From contig JBPPNF010000052.1 in the NCBI GenBank assembly GCA_051306435.1, positions 92,921 to 156,920 on the forward strand: 64,000 nucleotides of DNA. The letters run 5' to 3'. The position numbers and the translations under genes are program-made. Shown here in pieces: positions 59,862-64,000 of this stretch. The notes beneath the pieces are model-generated. The model saw only the letters and a list, made by a program, of their open reading frames with translations, had not been told where the DNA came from and made no database searches. This stretch comes from Solirubrobacterales bacterium (GTDB lineage Bacteria; Actinomycetota; Thermoleophilia; Solirubrobacterales; JACPNS01). Positions within the stretch are counted from its first letter, which is position 1. Each line of letters starts with the position of its first letter.

Positions 59862-60746
59862 CCGCGCCCCGCTGCCCTCGGTCACCCGGCCGATCATGGT
59901 GAGCGTGGTGCCTGTCTCGGCGACTGCTTTCATCGCACGCTCAAGATCTGCCCGCGGAACCGTCGCAAGCAGTTCATACTCCTCGCCGCTCGTGGCGGCG
60001 AATGACGTGTCCGTGATTCCCGCAGCCAAGGGGATCGATGCAAGTTCGATCGTCAGCTCAACGCCGCTGGCCGCTGCGATGTGACCGGCGTCGCGCGCGA
60101 GTCCGTCGGAGATGTCGATCATCGCGCTCGCCCCATTCGCAGCGAGCGCGGCGCCGGCGGCGAACTGCGGCGTCGGCGCGAACTGCTTGGCAAGTCGCGG
60201 GTCAGTTGCGCCCGAAGCGACCCCGCTGGAAATCATGTCGAGCGCGTGGCGCGCACCCCCGAGGGCGCCGGTAACGACCACGACGTCGGCGGTGCGCGCT
60301 CCGCCACGGGTGACGATCGCGTCTTCGTCAGCTCCGTAGCCGACCACCGTGACGCTGAGCCAGAGCTCACCCGCGGAGGACAGGTCGCCGCCCGCCACGA
60401 CCGCGCCGCTCGCGTCGGCCGCTGCGGCGATTCCGTCGCAGAGCGCATCGAACTGTCCTTCGTCCATCGACCTGGGCAGGCCGGCCGCGACATAGATCTC
60501 GCCCGGACTTGCGCCCATCGCGGCCAGGTCGGACAGCGCTGCGGCAACGGCCTTGTGCCCGACCGCCTTCAGCGGCCAGAGCGGAAGTTGAAAGTGCACA
60601 CCCTGCACGACGGCGTCGATCGACGTGACCAGAACCGCTCCCGCCGGACTCGCCACGGCGGCGTCATCCCCGCTGGGAACGACGATCCGATCTGACCTCC
60701 CGCCGAACCTTGAAACGAGGCTGCGTATGCGATCTGCTTCCGTCAT
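59805..60746 (-). CDS. thiL: thiamine-monophosphate kinase
   Basis: PSGDDAAV...LVTSIDAVVQGVHF...AVAAALSDLAAMGA...GGDLS. ATG at 60746. Confidence 0.92.
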   Translation of the reverse strand: MTEADRIRSLVSRFGGRSDRIVVPSGDDAAVASPAGAVLVTSIDAVVQGVHFQLPLWPLKAVGHKAVAAALSDLAAMGASPGEIYVAAGLPRSMDEGQFDALCDGIAAAADASGAVVAGGDLSSAGELWLSVTVVGYGADEDAIVTRGGARTADVVVVTGALGGARHALDMISSGVASGATDPRLAKQFAPTPQFAAGAALAANGASAMIDISDGLARDAGHIAAASGVELTIELASIPLAAGITDTSFAATSGEEYELLATVPRADLERAMKAVAETGTTLTMIGRVTEGSGARLLDAAGARVELRGFDHFD

Positions 60747-60749
60747 CAA

Positions 60750-62066
60750 CTAGAACGGTATTGCTATCACCAGGGTGTATGCGGCAAGCAGAACCGTGGC
60801 GATCTGAAGGTTTCTGCACCGGCCCAGCGCCGCGAACGGCAGCAGCCACAAGAGGTACCACGGCACCAGCCAGGCCGACGCCAGCAACAGGCCCAAGGTC
60901 GCCCAGCCGGCGTTCGCCAGCCACGTGTCCGGCTGCTTGTAGCTGCGCCAGATCAGGTACGCGACGACCGCTGCGAGCAGCAGCACGAAGACCAACCGCA
61001 CCACGTCGGTCGCCGCTCCGCGGTCCACGCCGATCAACGCGTCGAGTCCGTCGACGGTCCGGTGGGGGATTGACCAGCGGCTCGACCGGTCCTGGTTCGA
61101 GGAGATCAGATTGAGGCTGTTGAGCGCGTCGCCGCCGAAGGCGATCACGCCGGTCAGGGCTGTCAACGCCGCGGCGCCGACGATCGCCAGGAACATCGCG
61201 AGCTTGCGCCGTGCGGCCGCGAGCATGAACACCAGCGGCACCGCTGCCGACGCCTTCACACCGATCGCAAGGGCGCTGATGAAGCCGCCGCCCGCCTCCC
61301 GCGTGCCGTCCTCGCGTGAGAGCGCGAAGGCGATTCCGCCGAAGACGATCAGCATGGTGAGCGCTTCGTTGTGACCGCCACCGACCACGTGCACGAGCGT
61401 CGCGGGAGAGAGTCCGACGATTGCGATCGCGCGGGCTGAATCCGCACCGACGCGCTCGGCGATCGACCTGACGAGCAGAACCAGCCCGACGCTCGCCGCT
61501 GTCGCGATCACCTTCAGGGTCCAGAACGCCGCCGGCACTCCGACCCATGCCAGCGGATACGTGAAGAGCGTGAAGTAGGGCCCGTAGACGTCGACGGCGT
61601 CCTTTGATCCCGCAAAGCCGAAGACGGGATCCCCGGGTATGTCGAAAGGCCTGAAGGCGTACGGGTTCAGGCCGTGCTCGACTCCCAGTCTGGCGTAGGC
61701 GATGTAGCTGAAGACGTCCTGCGAGAGCAGCGGTGGCCCGAGCAGGAAGACCACGTGCAGGCCGATCACCGACCACAACAGCCAACTCGCCCGGAGCATC
61801 GGCGCGAGCCGGACGACGATCGCCCAGAGCAGCGCGGAGAGCATCAGCGGGAGGTAGTAGGTCCAGCCGGCGCTGCTGCCGGCGAGCGACTCAGCGCCGA
61901 AGACCTTGAAGACTCCGAGCAGCCAGTCGGGGGATCCTCCCGCCGTCGCGAGCACGACCTTGGATCCGACCACGGCCGGTGCTGCGGCGAGCCAGAGGAA
62001 GACGATGATCAGCGCCGCAAGCGCGGCAGTTGCCCAGCGCGAGCGGCCGGCCGGGCGATCGGTCAC
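60750..62066 (-). CDS. polytopic GT-C-like glycosyltransferase (DUF2029/GT87-like) membrane protein
   Basis: ~12 TM helices. The early loop ..DVFSYIAYARLGVEHGLNPY is typical of polyprenol-phosphate-sugar-dependent transferases. The GTG start overlaps the PBP stop (GTGA). Confidence 0.7.
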   Translation of the reverse strand: MTDRPAGRSRWATAALAALIIVFLWLAAAPAVVGSKVVLATAGGSPDWLLGVFKVFGAESLAGSSAGWTYYLPLMLSALLWAIVVRLAPMLRASWLLWSVIGLHVVFLLGPPLLSQDVFSYIAYARLGVEHGLNPYAFRPFDIPGDPVFGFAGSKDAVDVYGPYFTLFTYPLAWVGVPAAFWTLKVIATAASVGLVLLVRSIAERVGADSARAIAIVGLSPATLVHVVGGGHNEALTMLIVFGGIAFALSREDGTREAGGGFISALAIGVKASAAVPLVFMLAAARRKLAMFLAIVGAAALTALTGVIAFGGDALNSLNLISSNQDRSSRWSIPHRTVDGLDALIGVDRGAATDVVRLVFVLLLAAVVAYLIWRSYKQPDTWLANAGWATLGLLLASAWLVPWYLLWLLPFAALGRCRNLQIATVLLAAYTLVIAIPF

Positions 62067-64000
62067 TGGTCGGGCGCTGCGCCGCCGGGCGCTGCGGGAG
62101 CCTGGGTCTCGGGCTGTGCGGGCGTCTGCTGCGGGGTGTCGTTGCCTCCGCCGTCTTTGCCGCCGGGGTTGTCTGCGGGGGCCTTGTTGCCCTCGGTGTA
62201 GGTCTTCTTCTTTTTCTTCTTGTCCGCGTCCTTCTCGTACTCCGAGCCCTCTGCCTTGCCGAGCTGGGCGTACTTGCCGGAGAAGGGGCTCGAGACGAAC
62301 GGCGTCTTGGGCTCTGGGAAGTCCTTGCAGCGGTTGCCGATCGCAGCCTTCATGAACTTGGTCCAGATGTCGGTCGGCAGCGTTCCACCGGCGACCTCAC
62401 CGACGCCTTCGACGTTGTACATCGAACGCTGGGCGTTCGGATAGCCCATCCAGGCCGCGGTGGCCAGCGTCGGCGTGTAGCCGACAAGCCAGGCGTCGCG
62501 GTGATTGTCGGTCGTGCCGGTCTTACCCGCGGCAGGGCAGGTGAATCCGCCGCCGCGTACGCCGGTTGCCGTTCCGCCGGAAACGTTCTGTTCGAGGATC
62601 TTCGTGACCTCGTAGGCCTCGCCATCGGTGAAGACGCGCTTGCGCTGCACCTTGTACTCGGAGTCGTCCTTCGTTCCGGGGAAGTCGACCTTCGAGATGA
62701 CCAGCTGTTTGGAGCGGATCCCGCCGGCCGCGAGCGTCGCGTAGGCGTGGCTCATCTCGAGCGGCGAGACGCCGTTCTCAAGTCCGCCGAGTCCCTCGGC
62801 CGGGTAGCCGTTGAGCTTGGAGCGGATGCCCATCATGCGGGCGGTGCGCTTGACGTTGTTCGGGCCGACGTCCATGTCGAGCTGGATGTAGACAGAGTTG
62901 TCGGACGCGACAGTGGCGCGCACGAGGTTCTGGTCGCCGCTGTAGGAGTTGGAGTAGGTCGCGACCTTGATCGGTCCCCACGGAGAAGTCTTGATGTCGA
63001 TCGGGTGCGAGTTGTAGGTCGTGCTCACCGGGTCGATGCCCTGGCGGATCGCCGTGAGCAACACCATCGTCTTGAAGGCCGATCCCGGCTGGCGCGAACC
63101 CTGCGCGGCGAGGTTGAACTGACTCTGCCCGTAACCGCCGCTGCTGGCCATCGCGCGCACGTAGCCGTTGCGCGGGTCGGTTGCGACGATCGCGCTGGAC
63201 GGATCGCCCGGCGTGGGAAGCGTGGACCTGATCGCCTCGCGCGCGGCGTTCTGCAGCCGCGGGTCGATCGTTGTGTGGATCTTCAGGCCGCCCTTGCGCA
63301 CGGTGTTGATTCCGTACTTGTCGATCAGCTGCTGCTTGACGTAGTCAAAGAAGTAGGGCTCGCGGATCTTCGTGTAGCGCGTTCCGCGGTGCAGGCGCAG
63401 CGAGCCCGCTGCGGCCTCGTCGGCCTCCTGCTTTGTGATGTAGCCGAGCTCGGCCATCTTACCGAGCACCTCGGCGCGGCGCTCGAGCGCGGCCTTCGGG
63501 TTGAGGAAGGGGTTGTAGTCAGTCGGAGCCTGCGGCAGTCCGGCGAGCATCGCGCATTCGGAGAGGCTCAGGTCCTTGGCGTTCCTGGCGAAGAACGTCT
63601 GGCCCGCAGCCTGAAGACCCATCGCCGACTGGCCGCCGACCGTTCCGTACGGAGCGGTGTTCAGATACTGACCAAGGATCCATCGCTTGCTGCGCTGCTG
63701 CTCGAGTTCGCTTGCGAGCTTGGCCTCGCGGATCTTGCGCTTGAAGTCACGCTTGGGCGCCGAGATGTAGAGGTTGCGCACGAGCTGCATGGTGATCGTC
63801 GATCCACCTTGAACGGTCTTGCCGCTGCTGGTGTTCTTCACGGCGGCGCGCACGATCGCGGTGTAGTCGACCCCGCCGTGCTTGTAGAAGCGCTCGTCCT
63901 CAATTGCGATCGTCGCGTCCTTGCAGTTCTGCGGCAGGCGTTTCCAGGCGACCGGCGTGCTGATCTCGTCGGCCTGGATGTAGCCGAGCAGCTGCCCGTT
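62063..64000 (-). CDS. class A penicillin-binding protein (transglycosylase/transpeptidase), N-terminus beyond the right edge
   Basis: GT51 motifs EDERFYKHGGVD and GGSTITMQL. Transpeptidase motifs GSAFK, SDN-like and KTGTT. A Lys-rich, low-complexity C-terminal tail follows. The frame stays open to 64000. Confidence 0.92.
   Translation of the reverse strand, partial: NGQLLGYIQADEISTPVAWKRLPQNCKDATIAIEDERFYKHGGVDYTAIVRAAVKNTSSGKTVQGGSTITMQLVRNLYISAPKRDFKRKIREAKLASELEQQRSKRWILGQYLNTAPYGTVGGQSAMGLQAAGQTFFARNAKDLSLSECAMLAGLPQAPTDYNPFLNPKAALERRAEVLGKMAELGYITKQEADEAAAGSLRLHRGTRYTKIREPYFFDYVKQQLIDKYGINTVRKGGLKIHTTIDPRLQNAAREAIRSTLPTPGDPSSAIVATDPRNGYVRAMASSGGYGQSQFNLAAQGSRQPGSAFKTMVLLTAIRQGIDPVSTTYNSHPIDIKTSPWGPIKVATYSNSYSGDQNLVRATVASDNSVYIQLDMDVGPNNVKRTARMMGIRSKLNGYPAEGLGGLENGVSPLEMSHAYATLAAGGIRSKQLVISKVDFPGTKDDSEYKVQRKRVFTDGEAYEVTKILEQNVSGGTATGVRGGGFTCPAAGKTGTTDNHRDAWLVGYTPTLATAAWMGYPNAQRSMYNVEGVGEVAGGTLPTDIWTKFMKAAIGNRCKDFPEPKTPFVSSPFSGKYAQLGKAEGSEYEKDADKKKKKKTYTEGNKAPADNPGGKDGGGNDTPQQTPAQPETQAPAAPGGAAPDQ

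Noticed and set aside
60664-61785. A 373-aa minus-strand ORF lies in an alternative frame of the GT-C-like membrane protein gene.
   Set aside because: The frame is Arg-rich and non-hydrophobic. The 438-aa frame gives a coherent ~12-TM protein with stop/start coupling to both neighbours.
62205-62225. A pyrimidine-rich run cttcttctttttcttcttg in the PBP gene was considered as a possible slipped-strand phase-variation tract.
   Set aside because: It is a mixed C/T tract encoding KKKKKK in the low-complexity tail, not a homopolymer or perfect microsatellite. There is no evidence for frame switching.

Overview
This is a 64-kb, high-GC (roughly two-thirds G+C), very gene-dense window covering the chromosomal replication-origin neighbourhood of a Gram-positive-type bacterium. 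The minus strand carries gyrA(partial)-gyrB-DUF721/dciA-recF-dnaN-dnaA. These genes diverge from rpmH-rnpA-yidD-yidC-jag-rsmG-parA-parB on the plus strand. That order is actinobacterial. The Bacillus-type qcrABC, the YmdB homologue and a long GyrB hint at a deep-branching Actinomycetota lineage such as Thermoleophilia or Rubrobacteria, but the taxonomy is inference only.

The rest of the window, in order:
- tRNA-Ile, a BFN nuclease, and two Sec-signal RTX-repeat proteins flanking a VOC enzyme
- PPK2, ddl and an aminotransferase
- an AlkP-family/methyltransferase/GtrA trio, YmdB and an ABC-2 exporter
- a cofactor and respiration supercluster: hemB, a fused AhbA/B-like gene, hemL, a small ORF, qcrABC, menG and a polyprenyl synthase
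- dcd, tatA and tatC
- tRNA-Lys with an adjacent inverted-repeat element
- a UDP-sugar modification cluster
- an 824-aa disordered repeat protein, an RDD protein and purA
- the rpsF-ssb-rpsR-rplI-dnaB string, in which dnaB carries a mini-intein and is followed by a DnaC/DnaI-like AAA+ gene and vapBC
- secreted hypotheticals, otsA, a two-component system, an M28-like membrane protein, thiL, a GT-C-like membrane protein and a partial class A PBP

Many neighbouring genes are linked by 1-4 nt start/stop overlaps (ATGA, GTGA). I see no rRNA, CRISPR array, transposase, integrase or prophage, and no self-contained novel defence or mobile system that I can defend.

The items most worth a second look are:
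- the co-occurrence of DciA with a dnaB-coupled DnaI-like loader, plus the intein and vapBC
- the multi-motif disordered protein at 41740-44214
- a very compact DnaA-box and GC-trough cluster at the dnaA/dnaN junction
- an AhbA/B-type siroheme decarboxylase fusion inside the heme operon

Most long antisense ORFs in the supplied track are high-GC shadow frames.
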